64,000 nt of DNA, from contig NIVC01002573.1 of the NCBI GenBank assembly GCA_002269645.1, positions 1 to 64,000 of the forward strand, read 5' to 3'. The notes below the pieces were generated by a model. That model did not search any database, was not told the DNA's origin, and saw only the letters and a program-made list of their open reading frames with translations. Made by a program: the position numbers and the translations under genes. Of the stretch, positions 50,227 to 64,000 are shown in pieces; position 1 is the first letter of the stretch; each line of letters begins with the position of its first letter. Source of the stretch: Macrostomum lignano. Taxonomy: Eukaryota.

Positions 50227-51548
50227 GATTCAAAGTAGAAAAGTTTATAGCAGTCGGTAGAACTCTATTGTGCCATCGCTAAGCGACTATCGGGCGAGCT
50301 GAATTTCAATATCACCATAGACGATTACGACATTCACTTTGGCTCGCAACGGCGGGCCAATAATACCAGTAAAGTTGCTTGTAACTTCTAGTTTTTTCTG
50401 CTGTTCGTAAGTCTATGGGTCTAATTAAAAGTTCGAAAAAATTAAAGATAATAAACGGCTCTCAGTCGTTAGATTTCTATTGTGTTTTGGTGGGAACGAC
50501 CACCGCGCATAGCACTGTAGTTGTACTACACCGATTCTTGGGAATGTTAAGACTGAGTTTTGCTTGTATCGATTTGCTTGCAATCTCACTATATAGCAAA
50601 ATGTGTCCATGTGTCTGGCGACTCAGGCTGGCTGGCAACGTCATACGGTCGGACAGTCGCCGCCTCGAGCCGTTACACGACCTTCTGTTGTAGACGCGCA
50701 GGGTTTGTGGAGACGAGGTCATGGGCAAACGAGTCCTAACCCGAGCTGCTTCCGAGGGATGCGAGAGCCCCTATTCTGAATTTGACTGAAGGAGTTGACT
50801 TTTTTAGAAGTGCGACGTAAAGGCGTGTATTCTGCCGCCTCCAACCCTCTGTGGCCACTTGTGGCCAACGAGAGGTGTATTTTGTTGTTGTTGCTGGTTT
50901 TGTTGTTGTGTCCACGCAATTGAATACACAATAACTAAGTTCTATGTTTTATACGCTTATAACATTTCAAGACTTTGCAGGCTTTTTAAAATTTAGTCAT
51001 TTGACAGATTTGTCATCTATTTAAGAACCAAATCTTCAGACTGTACTTAATCAACTATCTGAGTCTTTAATAATCAAGAAAAAATCACACCTCTGATCGA
51101 GTCAGTCACCTGAGCATCGGGAAAGCCCCAGCTTGGAGTTGTACAGCGAGTGCCCTCAGGTGCTGCACTGCACTTGAAGCCCAAAACTCCCTGTGCAGGT
51201 ATTGTGGCCTCTTATTGCTGCTTGATGAGTTTCTTTCACCTTTATTGAAGCTTGTCGATTGCGCTGAGTTGAGTCATCATTTGTTTTTGAGAACTTGCAG
51301 ACAAAGCCGAATGCGCGACTGCATTTTTGTGAATCAACAGGCAGACTTCTTCAAGATCAGGGTCGCACATACGCCAGTCAATGTCAAAAGTTCTCGAAGT
51401 CCCTTGTGATTGATAATGTGACACCCGGTCTTCTGTATATTCAGCTCATGAACTAGATCGGAGAACTCTATTGAATTTACTGAGCGGATGTATTGGCGCT
51501 TATCTCCAAACCCAGCCGGGCGTTTTAATCACTATATTTGGAAATATT

Positions 51549-51549
<1 letters not shown>

Positions 51550-51612
<63 letters not shown>
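51550..51612. repeat. (GA)n microsatellite
   Basis: Read directly. Confidence 0.97.
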
Positions 51613-51615
<3 letters not shown>

Positions 51616-52158
51616 GGTGAGAGACACTGGGCATCGAACACAATTACCGGGCGGGGGGTTAAACTTTAAACAACACTAAAAAGAAAACAAGGCATGAGCC
51701 ACCTGGCTGAGGCATACACAAGCAGGGGTGATTCAAGAAAACAACAAAACAAGGGGGAGACAAACGCATGGTGGTGACTCATTTGAGGACGGGGTGCACT
51801 TGCACTGCAAGAGTGGGCGATGCAACACCACAACACGTCGAAAACCTTTTAACAGAAGTAGCTATTAGCTTTTCTGGAAAACCATTAAAACGCATTAGGA
51901 TGTATGGTATGCAAGTGTTTTGAAACAAATTTAGCAAGAAGACGTTTTATCAAAGGCCTTGAATACCTTCGTGTTGTAGATCACACCATAAACGTTGTTA
52001 CATGCATAGCGTAACTAGGCCGTAAATGTTTTTTTTCGCAAAGCAAAAAGGAAAATGAATTTCCACATTTTTATTTCCGATACGCTTGATTACTAAATCG
52101 GTCGAACATTGAAAGTAGCAATCGCTGGCGAAGAATTGAACAGGTGAATCAAAGCTAA

Positions 52159-52865
52159 TCAATGCAGACTGAACTTTTTCCAGTCCTCGCCAGTCTCTAT
52201 ATGCATTTCCACCTGCGAGTCGGTGAACAGCAGCAGTCGGCACTGTTTCAGCTTCCCATTGTACAGCGCGTGTCTGCAGCTGCGGCCGGCCCTCAGTGCG
52301 GCCGCCACGCACTGGATGGCGCTTGAAGCGGCAACGTCATTGAAGCAGCAGTTTGAGTTCGAGTTGAAGTCGACCCGCTTGAACTGAACTCTTCGCCAGT
52401 CGAGGCAACTCCGGTTGGCTGGACTGGTCCGACTTGCTGCTCACATACGTATCCGAATTTTTGTGAGCACATTGCATTCGCCAGTTGGTTGCTGGCTAAA
52501 AGCAGCAGGCAGTCCTGGTCTCCTCCGTCTGGCTCTGAGCTCACCCACAACGAGTGATCGGTGGGCAGAACGCCCCTGCCGTTCACGAGCTGCCATCCGG
52601 ATCTGCTCAATCCGCATTCGTCGGCAAGGTCAGCCGCTCCAATCCACGCTTTGATGCCGAATGACCTCAACTTGATGACGTCATAGGACCACAGCAGCTC
52701 GCCTCCGATGAGTTGGCACTGTTGATTGGCAGCGCACCAAGTAAACCTGGTCCGCGACTCATTGAACAAGCAGGTTCCGTGCGCTGGGAAGAAAGGCGGG
52801 GGGCATGCCGAGAGTCCGAGGCCTGGCAGCAGGAGCAGCAGGAGCAGCAGCATCAGCATCATCAT
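52159..52865 (-). CDS. Secreted C-type lectin domain plus PAN/apple-like domain protein (1-nt frameshift near 52386)
   Basis: Signal peptide, then CTLD features CPPPFF..GTC, W..A...C, WIG, W...EPD..DQDC and C...GYVCE. In the shifted frame the sequence continues FKRVDFNSNSNCCFNDVAASSAIQCVAAALRAGRSCRHALYNGKLKQCRLLLFTDS...H*, a PAN-like Cys pattern. Confidence 0.78.
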
Positions 52866-53767
52866 TCGGTTAGACTAGACTAGATTAGACTAGATTAAAT
52901 ATTCTAAGAAAGATGTTCGGACAGGGCAGAAATCTAAATTTTTGTTTTAATTCGAGTATAAGAGTTCGTATTTCATTTTTCAAGCGGAATGGTTTTCCTA
53001 CGAGAGTATATGGGTTCTCGACTACATCTAGAAGTAGGTTGTTGTTGCAGTATACATACAAACTTCTGTCAAATCGTCTTTTCCTGAAGTGACTGAAGTA
53101 TTATTCACCTACTCCCGCTGAGCTTCAGACTCAAAGACCTGACATAGGGAGAAGTGGCTGAGAGTCTGCTTTAGTCTGCTTTTTTGACTTTCCAGACTGT
53201 GGATAACTTGAGCAGTTGTTATATCAATATGCAAGATAGCGATTGCGAGAAAGCAGTTGAAATCCTTAATACTCATAAGTAGTACGTACACACAGTTTAT
53301 CAATAAAACATAGTGCTTAGAGTGTTCCACCTCTGTCACTAAAAACATTGGAATTCTTGATCTGTCACTCTGATTGATGCAAAAACTCAGTTGATTACAG
53401 TTTCAAATCCCGATCATTACAATAAAACTGGTGATCTCAGTCCGGACACAATCAGTGATTTGCACTTTTAGCTTCCTCTTACTGGCGATATTGGCTCGCT
53501 ATAGTAACTCTGTACTCTTTGGTTGCCATTGTGGGACAGCAGAAAGGACTGTGTACTCGTATTGAGTAAAGCCAAAAGCCCGATGAATTTTAATATGAGA
53601 CTCATTTTTTAATTAGTCTCATAAAGAGAAATGATGTCATTTAAAACGGAAATGGATAATTTCAGCCTAGTTTAGAACGCTTCACCCGAACTAGTAGAAA
53701 TTTTATCAATCTGCTTCGCTCAGACTGCGGTTATCTGACTTTATTTTTAGTTTGAAAATCTAAATTA

Positions 53768-55988
53768 TGATGTAACAACGCTCTGGTCGCGGGATAGGGC
53801 AGGGGAACTTTTTCGAAAGTGCCTCCTTATCGCCGTGCACCCCCTGCACAGAGCTGTTGAGACTCGGCCAGGTGTTCGACCAGGCCTGGAGACTCCCGCT
53901 CTGCTGCACCCCCTGCTGCCTTGGCTCCGTCTCCCCTGCCGCCACACTTGCCTTTCCGGAGCTCCCCCTCCCTCTTTGTACCTCCCCCTCTACCTTATCT
54001 CCCCTGCGCGCCTCCCTATTCTTTATGTACTTTTCCTGTCCCCTCTTTTTGTCTCTTTCTGCACTATCTTTCTGCGCTGTCCCCCCTTTCTCTGCGTCTA
54101 CTTACAGTATTTTGTGCGCTCACCGTCACCCCATCCCTTCTCAAACTCCCAAACGGTGACGCAAGTCGTGTGACCCCTTCTTACCCTCGATGACTCATCG
54201 ATGACTCATCCCCTCTCTTGCGCAACCTTTTCTCACGCTATTGTTCTCCTCCCCAAATTTCTCATGCGACACCCACCCCACCTCCGCTTCTATTGTTCTC
54301 GTTTTTGATTCTTTTGTTCTCTTTACCCCCACTAATTATCACATTTTCTCCGATTTTCTCTTTCTATTGTTCTCGTTTTCGCACCTAATTATCACCTTTT
54401 CTCCAATGTTTTCTTTTTTATTGTTCTCGATTCTCTCCAATTATCCCCGATTTCCAATTCCTTTGTTCTCGACCCCAGCCCCATTGTTCTCAATGTTTGC
54501 TTGCGCAACACTTTTGCGACCTCCCGCTGCGCCAATTATCCCCCACCCACCTCTCCGGATTGCGCAATTCTCCCATTTCTCATGTTGCTATGCCGGTCTC
54601 ATGCTTCTCATCATGACTCATTCTGACGTCATTCTGCCGGCAGCCAATCAGAGAGAGGGAGTCATGGAAACGACCTTGGAGCGGCGGCTGGGAAGGCTAT
54701 ATAAGGAAGCGGTTTTCGGCATGAGAATCTTTAGCCGGTTCACGTTTCCCGTCTTGGGCGTCGTCTTCTCAAGCGTCCTATTGTGGACTTGCTGTCAGAC
54801 CTTGATCTGACCTATTCGTCTACAAGGCGAACCCCTGCCTGTCCGCGGTCTGTTACCGCCAAGTTATCTTCAGCTCCCCAAGCGAGCTCGCCTATCGGCC
54901 AGCGGTCTGATACCGCTCAGCATCATCAGCATCGCCTGATCTACACCAGCGTCTCGTTGCTTCAGCGCATCGCCGCTTCACTGCCTGCCTGACTGCAGCC
55001 TACAGCCGCCCTCGGTCACTCCGTCTCTCTCTCTCTCTCTGTGCAGCTGCCGGTAAGTTCCTGTTACTAATTTGTGCTCTAATCGCCTTGCTTATCCGGG
55101 GTCTGCCTATTTTTCCATTGCTTGACTAGAGAGCTGAGCCAATTGTGATACCGTAACTTTTTGCTGTATTTTACTCAATAGTGAAGCCGCCTGATTGCCT
55201 GATTATTTGCCTAAGGGCCTAATTATTAACTATTAACTAACCTCATCATTATTCACTCTTTCACCATCATTTCACTCATGGCTTGCTAAGCCTTTCTCCC
55301 GGGGTGGCAAAGCATAAGGAAGTTTGGGTAAGCTAATGGCCTCTCCCCGTGCAAAGCTCGCCTGTGAGTGCGTGCTGCGGGGCCGCGTGTGCGTGCAGTA
55401 GAGGGATTAGCGAGTCTTGGCACAGAATGGCAGTAGGAAGGTTGCACCCCCTTCGCCCTGAGCAATCTAAACTATAGACAGTACATGTTCACCTCATACT
55501 ACTCTTAGTAATCAAAGTCGCAAGTCAGCCTCGCTCACAGCCACAAAGGATCCCCTGCTGAGAAATCCTCCAGATTGAGCCCAGAGTTTCCGATCATGCC
55601 CCAAGCAGAGTCCCTGTACTCGGCTGCATGTGTCTCCCCTGTTAGCCTAAATCTCCTGGTAACCATCCCTCGAGAGGTCTGGTAGAGCCTCGAGAGGTCT
55701 GGTAGAAAGATCCAGGTGCGCCAGGTCACATAGAGTGGTGGCAGCCACTCGGTCATACTATGACCGAGTGATTAACTATTGCACCTTGGCTGCAGGCGGA
55801 GTCCATGTGGGTCCTTGGCCCTCTGGTCACGAAGCGCTACCAAAGCTATCTATCATGTGGGCGGGACAGTCTGGTGCTGGAGGTCCGTCAGGTCATTGCC
55901 CGGTCATAGGCAGCCTACGGTCATTGCCCCCTCTAGCCAGGTGTTCGTCTCTCAACGGAGCGGACAGGCGACAAGGGCGGTTACATCA
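53768..55988 (+). mobile_element. 2221-bp solo LTR (Gypsy-like) with TGATGTAAC...GTTACATCA termini and ATTA TSD
   Basis: 9-bp inverted termini with TG..CA ends, ATTA at 53764-53767 and 55989-55992, an internal CCAAT and TATA box, and no coding capacity. Confidence 0.72.
54157..54706 (+). promoter_or_regulatory. LTR U3 enhancer/promoter: clustered bZIP-type sites, CCAAT and TATA
   Basis: TGACGCAA 54157; TGACTCA 54191, 54202, 54614; TTGCGCAA 54218, 54501, 54560; TGACGTCA 54624; CCAAT 54644; TATATAA 54698. Confidence 0.6.
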
Positions 55989-56153
55989 ATTATAAAAACT
56001 TTTTAGAAAGTAGTGCGATAGCCGTCACAGCGGAATAAGCTGTAATTTTCTATTAAAACAATTGTAGGGTTTACTGAATAAATCCATAACCTAAAAATGT
56101 AAAACTTAATCGCAACTGCAGAATTCCGTCATGTATTAGACATAGGCATGTAG

Positions 56154-57760
56154 TCATCCAGAAGCGGTCTGCTGGATCCAGCTGGTGTACATCTGCACTC
56201 GAGTGTACACTCCCGGTCGCTGGGGCTTGGCGCAGCCCTCGCCCCAGCTCGTGATGCCCTGCAGGTACCAGACTCCGCCGGACTTGCACACCAGCGGCCC
56301 GCCGGAGTCGCCCTGGCACGCGTCCTTGCCGCCCTGCTCGTAGCCGGCGCACACCATGTAGCTGGTGATGGCGCCTCCGTAATGCGACGCGTCGCCGCAG
56401 ATCGAGTTGGGTACGATCGGCACCATCACCTGCAGCAGCCTGGTGTTGTCCCCAGTGCCCTGCGTGCTGCCCCAGCCTGTGGCGAAACAGCTGGCCATGT
56501 TCGACACCGGCGAGCTCGGCAGGCACACCGGAGACACCTGCGAGTTGAACTGGAACGGCCGGTCCACCCGCATCATGGCCAGGTCCTGGTTAGTCCGGCT
56601 CGAGTCGTAGTTCGGATATCGAACTACCTGCGTCACCTTGCGTCTCTGCAGCGTCGCCTCAGTGCAGTCCCGGCAGTGTCGTCCCGCGTCAACGCCCCAC
56701 ATCGACGGCGACATGTAGTTCTCGACGCAGTGCGCGGCCGTGATGATCCAGTTAGCGTTGTAGATGCTGCCGCCGCAGAAGTGGCCGCCGAAGAGACGCA
56801 GCGACACCATCCAGGGCCAGCTGTTCTTGACAGCCTCCTTGCCGCCCACGATGCGAGTTTCGTCTGGCGGGATGGCGGGCCTGCCACAGCCTGACGGTGC
56901 TGGAAAGAAATTTTTAACAAAATTTTAATCTAATAATTAAAGAATAGAAGCTCTAAATAAACTTTTTGATGCGTTTCATTCTTACATGGCGGCTTCGTTG
57001 TGGTGATGGGCGACACTGTGGTTGTAGTCACCGGTGGCCTGGCAGTTGTTGTCGTCTGGCCTCCACAAACCTCATCACTGCCATCTGAGCAGTCTCTGAA
57101 GCCATCGCACCACCACTGGTTGAAGATGCATTTGGAGTTGTCCTTGCAGGGTCGCTGGTTTATCGGGCAGTCCAGCGTAATCGAGCAATACTTCTCATCG
57201 GAGCCGTCTGGACAGTCTTTGATGCCGTCGCACTTCCACTTTGAAGGGTAGCAGAATCCTCCAAATCGGCAGGAAATATAGCCACTTGGGCAGGGCACTC
57301 TGGTGCGGTACTCGTCGTTTGACACGAATCGGTAGCGCAGCTGGAAGCCAGACTTCTGCAGGTAGGAATCGCTTTTGAATACCAGCAGTATCGACGAGGA
57401 CTGCGACAGAACCGACCAGGAGCCGCCGCCGCAGAAGCGACCAAGGACGGAGCTGGAGTCATTCCAGCCGTCGTACACAATCAGAGAGTCGCTCGAACAC
57501 TCCGATGTGTACTCGAGGTCGAAAGAGACTGAAATCACCTCGATGTGGTAGCTCGGGCCGTCGGCGCGGATGAAGTAGCGGCAAGTCGAGTCCGCGTCGT
57601 ATGGAGTGCGGCCGAACAGGCGGTGGGAGGCGATGACTCCCTGGTTCGTCTGGTACAGAATATCGACGCCACAGTTCTTTTCGCTGGCAGTAGCCACTTC
57701 TTGGGCAGCGGCTGCAGACAGCAGGGCTGGACACAGTGCCAGCACGAATACCAAACTCAT
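56154..57760 (-). CDS. Secreted CUB-LDLa-LDLa-trypsin modular serine protease, copy 1 (506 aa): complement(join(56154..56899,56986..57760))
   Basis: Signal peptide; CUB (CRYFI, FDLE, C.SDSL.VYDG, GRFCG, FKSD); two LDLa repeats (CDGIKDCPDGSDE, CDGFRDCSDGSDE); Thr/Pro linker; activation site R-IVGG; triad TAAHC / DLAMM / GDSGGP; S1 Asp in DACQG. Confidence 0.93.
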
Positions 57761-58100
57761 TGTGCTTAACTTGTGTTTGGAAATTCAAAATACTTATTAA
57801 GAATTCACCCGTGCAGAACCGCATTTAAATATTCTTAGCGGAGAGGGTAATTATCAGCTAATTGCTTGCAGGTCAGGTAAAATTTTCTCTCACAATTAAA
57901 AACTGCAGGTGCTAATTTTCCGCAGTGATGCAATAATGGTGAGAAGGTTTTCCTCAGTAAGCATTTCCTTAACCTCCAAATGTTCCCGGCCGAAACACAC
58001 AGCTCCACTCCATTGTCGAGATCAATGCGATTCCGAAATTTACGTCTTCCGGCTTCGACTTCCAAAGTCAGTGCCGGGATGATTGCTGCTGGGAAGGATT

Positions 58101-60003
<1,903 letters not shown>

Positions 60004-61714
60004 AATGGAAAGAGAAATACAATGAGGTCGCGTAGATTAAATTCTCAGAACAACTTAGAGGCTCTGTCCTGAATCGACCTGGATTGCTTTCAACAGCAGA
60101 AACACAGAAAACGGCCTCACGGCAGTGCCGGCAGATTTTGCTGAGGCTGCAATAATCCGGATGAGAAGCAAGCGATGCAGAAAATCAAGGTACGAGCTCA
60201 GCTTCATTATCCGTCACTCGTGCAGAGCAATCGGTTATCAGTGATGGAAAATCTGCAAAAAGAATGCTTTGCAGAACTCACTGAGTCTGAAATATTTGTC
60301 TTGATAGCTGGAATCCTTTCGGAGTGTTTTATGGCCCTGCCCTCTGTTTCCTCGGATCATATACAAAGGCTTTGGTGTATTTCTTGTTTAAACTGTGCAG
60401 TTGCTGCGTGCTAATAATAATGGAAAATTAAAATCAATCCTAAACAGATGTTTCTAAAAATGGTTACTATCTACCTCGGGTCAAAGGGTCACGCCAGGGC
60501 TACCATCTGCAAAAGAGTTCTCATATGACACTTGCATATCCATGCCATGTGATTTTTTCTTACTCAAAATGGTGATCTGCGGCCTTATAAGTATAGAACT
60601 CCTTTGCAATAACGTTAATCTTTTTCACAGATTTTCCCCAAGATAGTATCATTCTTATTCATTTATCCGTTTTGTTTTTCTTGAAGTGACCCCTTTGGAA
60701 TTTAGAATAGCGGCAGAATTACATTTCAAAACCTGCTTACCCATGCAAATGAGAGTTCTCAGGGAGTTGGGGATTAGCTATTCAGCTCAATGTCACGCCA
60801 AACCTAGCTGTTTGGGAGGTAGATTAGTAGCATTGATTTTCTTTCCAATTCCACTGCGTGATTTAATGTACGTGTTTATTATTCAATTTTCTATGTACGC
60901 TGATTTAGCCCAGGCCCATCTCACCCACCCCCCTCCACGCTGGCTGATTCTGACTGACTGCAATAAATATATCATCGAGAGGGCTTATTAGCCCTGTGTA
61001 CGGTTTACGCTTTTCGTTTTGTTAGCGTCTCGCTTGAGCCTCAGCTCCAAAACAGTTTGGCGGACCATCGGTCTTTTCATTTCTACAGTACACTAGCCTC
61101 TCTATCCGAGAATCTTTCTCGCCCTGAATTAAAAATTTTCTGATGCAAATATTGCGCATAAATTAGCATAGACAGCTCTGAGGTTGGTAGGTACGATGGA
61201 TAAAATTCAAATCCGATTGTTGCTTCTCAAGTCAGTCATTGCAGCATAAATTGTTACTCAGGACAACAAGCCTGGCATGAGGAAGATCTCTTATAAGTTT
61301 CCTTTCCTTATTAGCCCGTAATTTTAAAACAGTTTTTTTTACTTTGGAAAAGTTTTCCCCAAAGACACTACGTATAAGCAAAGTTTTCCAATTTTCGGAA
61401 CTCCAAGGTTCAGCGAGGGTTTACCCTCGTAACCCTGCTTGAGACGTGCAAATACTTTTGCACGTGCAACCAATACAGTAATTATAATATTGATTGAGTC
61501 ACCGCTCAGTTGCAGTCGGTGACTGGATGGGCACGTTAAATAAATTTAATTGCAGGCAGCTTGTACACCTGTGAGCAATTTATTAATTGTACATCAATTA
61601 AACTGTGCAGTATAAGTATGCGACAATCGGCTGCTTGCAAACTAAGGCTACAATTTCAAGTTGTCAAGCCTTCTTACCTTGCTATAGGTACTAATAGGTA
61701 CTATCAAAGTAGCC

Positions 61715-63387
61715 ATGCGACTGCCTAAACTGTTGCCATTGCTTCTAATTGGAGGACTGGCGACATTGAATGTCGCAATTGCCGACGAACTTAACTGCGG
61801 CGTCAACCTGCTGTACGAGACGGACCAGACCGTGATAGCGTCGCACCGGCTCTACGGCCGGAAGTCCTACCAGCCGAATTCTGTCTGCCGGTACATCATC
61901 CGCGCCTGGAGCCCCGACTACCGCATCGAGATCACATCGGTGAGTTTTGACCTCGAGTACACTTCCGAGTGTACGGGCGATTCCCTGACTGTCTATTCGG
62001 GCGGAAACGATTCGAGTCCTGTGCTGGGCCGATTCTGCGGATCCCTAGACTGGTCGGTGCTCACGCAGAGCTCGTTTGTGGCTCTTGTGTTCTCTAGCGA
62101 TGCCTACCTGGAGAAAGGCGGCTTCCAGCTGCGGTACCGGTTCGTGTCCAAAGACGAGTACCAGAAGCGAATCGCTTGTCCAAATGGCTACTTGGCCTGC
62201 AACAGTGGCAACGGCTGCTACCCATCCAAGTGGAAGTGCGACGGAATCAAAGACTGCAAGGACGGATCGGACGAACAATTCTGCACGAGCACGCTTACCT
62301 GTCCAAGTGGCCAGGTTGCCTGCAAGGATAACTCCAAATGCATTTTTTCTGGCTGGTGGTGCGATGGCTTTCGCGACTGTGGTGATGGCAGCGATGAGAC
62401 AAGCTGCAGCGGCGGTGGCAATACCGGTGGCAATACTGGTGGAGGCACTGGAGGCAGCACCGGTGGAAGTACGGGGGAAGCACTGGAGGCGGCACAGGTG
62501 GCGGGACACGTAAGTTAACGTCTTTTAAGGTCTTTTCAACTCACTCAACGCAATCATGAATTTTCCGGTACTCGGATAGCAGCTTTCTTGCACTTGAATT
62601 ACGCCAGACCAGTAACTCAATGCAATTTACTTTGCTCTTGCAGCACCTTCGGGCTGTGGCACGCCAGCCATCCCGCCAGACGAAACTCGCATCGTGGGCG
62701 GCAAGGAGGCTGTCAAGAACAGCTGGCCCTGGATGGTGTCGCTGCGTCTCTTCGGCGGCCACTTCTGCGGCGGCAGCATCTACAACGCTAACTGGATCAT
62801 CACGGCCGCGCACTGCGTCGAGAACTACATGTCGCCGTCGATGTGGGGCGTTGACGCGGGACGACACTGCCGGGACTGCACTGAGGCGACGCTGCAGAGA
62901 CGCAAGGTGACGCAGGTAGTTCGATATCCGAACTACGACTCGAGCCGGACTAACCAGGACCTGGCCATGATGCGGGTGGACGGCCGTTCCAGTTCAACTC
63001 GCAGGTGTCTCCGGTGTGCCTGCCGAGCTCGCCGGTGTCGAACATGGCCAGCTGTTTCGCCACAGGCTGGGGCAGCACGCAGGGCACTGGGGACAACACC
63101 AGGCTGCTGCAGGTGATGGTGCCGATCGTACCCAACTCGATCTGCGGCGACGCGTCGCATTACGGAGGCGCCATCACCAGCTACATGGTGTGCGCCGGCT
63201 ACGAGCAGGGCGGCAAGGACGCGTGCCAGGGCGACTCCGGCGGGCCGCTCGTGTGCAAGTCCGGCGGAGTCTGGTACCTGCAGGGCATCACGAGCTGGGG
63301 CGAGGGCTGCGCCAAGCCCAGCGACCGGGAGTGTATACTCGAGTGCAGATGTACACCAGCTGGATCCAGCAGACCGCTTCTGGATGA
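61715..63387 (+). CDS. Secreted CUB-LDLa-LDLa-trypsin protease, copy 2: join(61715..62509,62644..63387), with three 1-nt frameshifts (about 62475, 62981, 63318)
   Basis: Same architecture and same intron phase as copy 1; Gly/Thr linker; protease exon near-identical to copy 1 apart from single missing bases. Confidence 0.88.
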
Positions 63388-64000
63388 GCTGCGAACAACT
63401 TGATACTTTTGTTGATTGCTGTCGGCTCTGCAGATTTCTGATCGGATGCAAATCATTATAGTGATAAGTTTAATGAGTTGTCAGGGTATTTGTTTGTTCA
63501 TTTTATCATAGTCGAATTTTTCTCAATAATATAGTATCTTTCATAGGCCTTTTAATCGTTGTTGCTTACTGAGCAGCCTCCCCTACTCTCCTATAAAGTC
63601 TGCTCTAATGGGTTTTGGAAATATATCCTTAAAAGTAATAGAACTCACTGTGATCTTATTTTTCGTGCCACATCCTATACTTAAATTTTTTGCTTGAGTG
63701 ACCATGATAATTAAATTTTAAGCCGAGGCTAATCAGTAAGAGATTTCACATGGTCACTTTGTATGCTAGCTCCTTTAGCACTTGAAATCGTGTTCCATAA
63801 TCGTCATCGCCTCTTGAGCGGCCTGTTTCCGGGATTTTTTAATAGCGGTGCTCCTTAATTTTCCTGATCGGTTTGCATTCTACGAGGAACAAATGAAATT
63901 TATCGGTCTGGCTTTTGAATTTGCGTCTTAACACGCCGAATTTCTAGCCGTTTCGAAGTGTTACTTCCGACGGTAGCTCCAGACATGTTTTACTGAGAAG

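Noticed and set aside
63770-63990. Possible first exon on the minus strand (MSGATVGSNTSKRLEIRR...)
   Set aside because: Short, stops early, has no GT donor and no recognisable homology.

Overview
This is eukaryotic (animal) genomic DNA with spliceosomal GT-AG introns, GC-rich exons and many micro- and minisatellites. The style suggests a free-living flatworm such as Macrostomum, but that is inference and no search was run. Genes I can reconstruct exon by exon: the 3' end of a DGAT2/MOGAT-family acyltransferase; a 4-exon serine palmitoyltransferase catalytic subunit (SPTLC2/LCB2, minus) head-to-head with an 11-exon ANO8-like anoctamin (plus); an orphan coiled-coil ORF; two paralogous orphan coiled-coil genes sharing a GINxPxLHRRxD motif; two tandem 3-exon full-size ABCA transporters; a C-type lectin-PAN protein; and two divergently oriented CUB-LDLa-LDLa-trypsin genes. 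Mobile DNA includes two tRNA-derived SINE families (one CORE-like), a 519-bp MITE with CAAGG termini and an 8-bp TSD, an internally deleted Tc1 element, a decayed Penelope-like RT, a probable Helitron 3' end and a 2.2-kb solo LTR rich in bZIP sites. The most notable observations are three. One ABCA carries a degenerate composite ATPase site (Walker B E to D, switch H to Q, partner signature LSCG). The two proteases share a near-identical catalytic exon while their N-terminal exons are diverged. The orphan coiled-coil pair defines a recognisable motif. About ten reading-frame breaks are each repaired by adding one base, mostly in homopolymers, so they are more likely assembly errors than pseudogenes. 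I found no CRISPR array, rRNA or genuine tRNA, and no single convincing novel multi-gene system.
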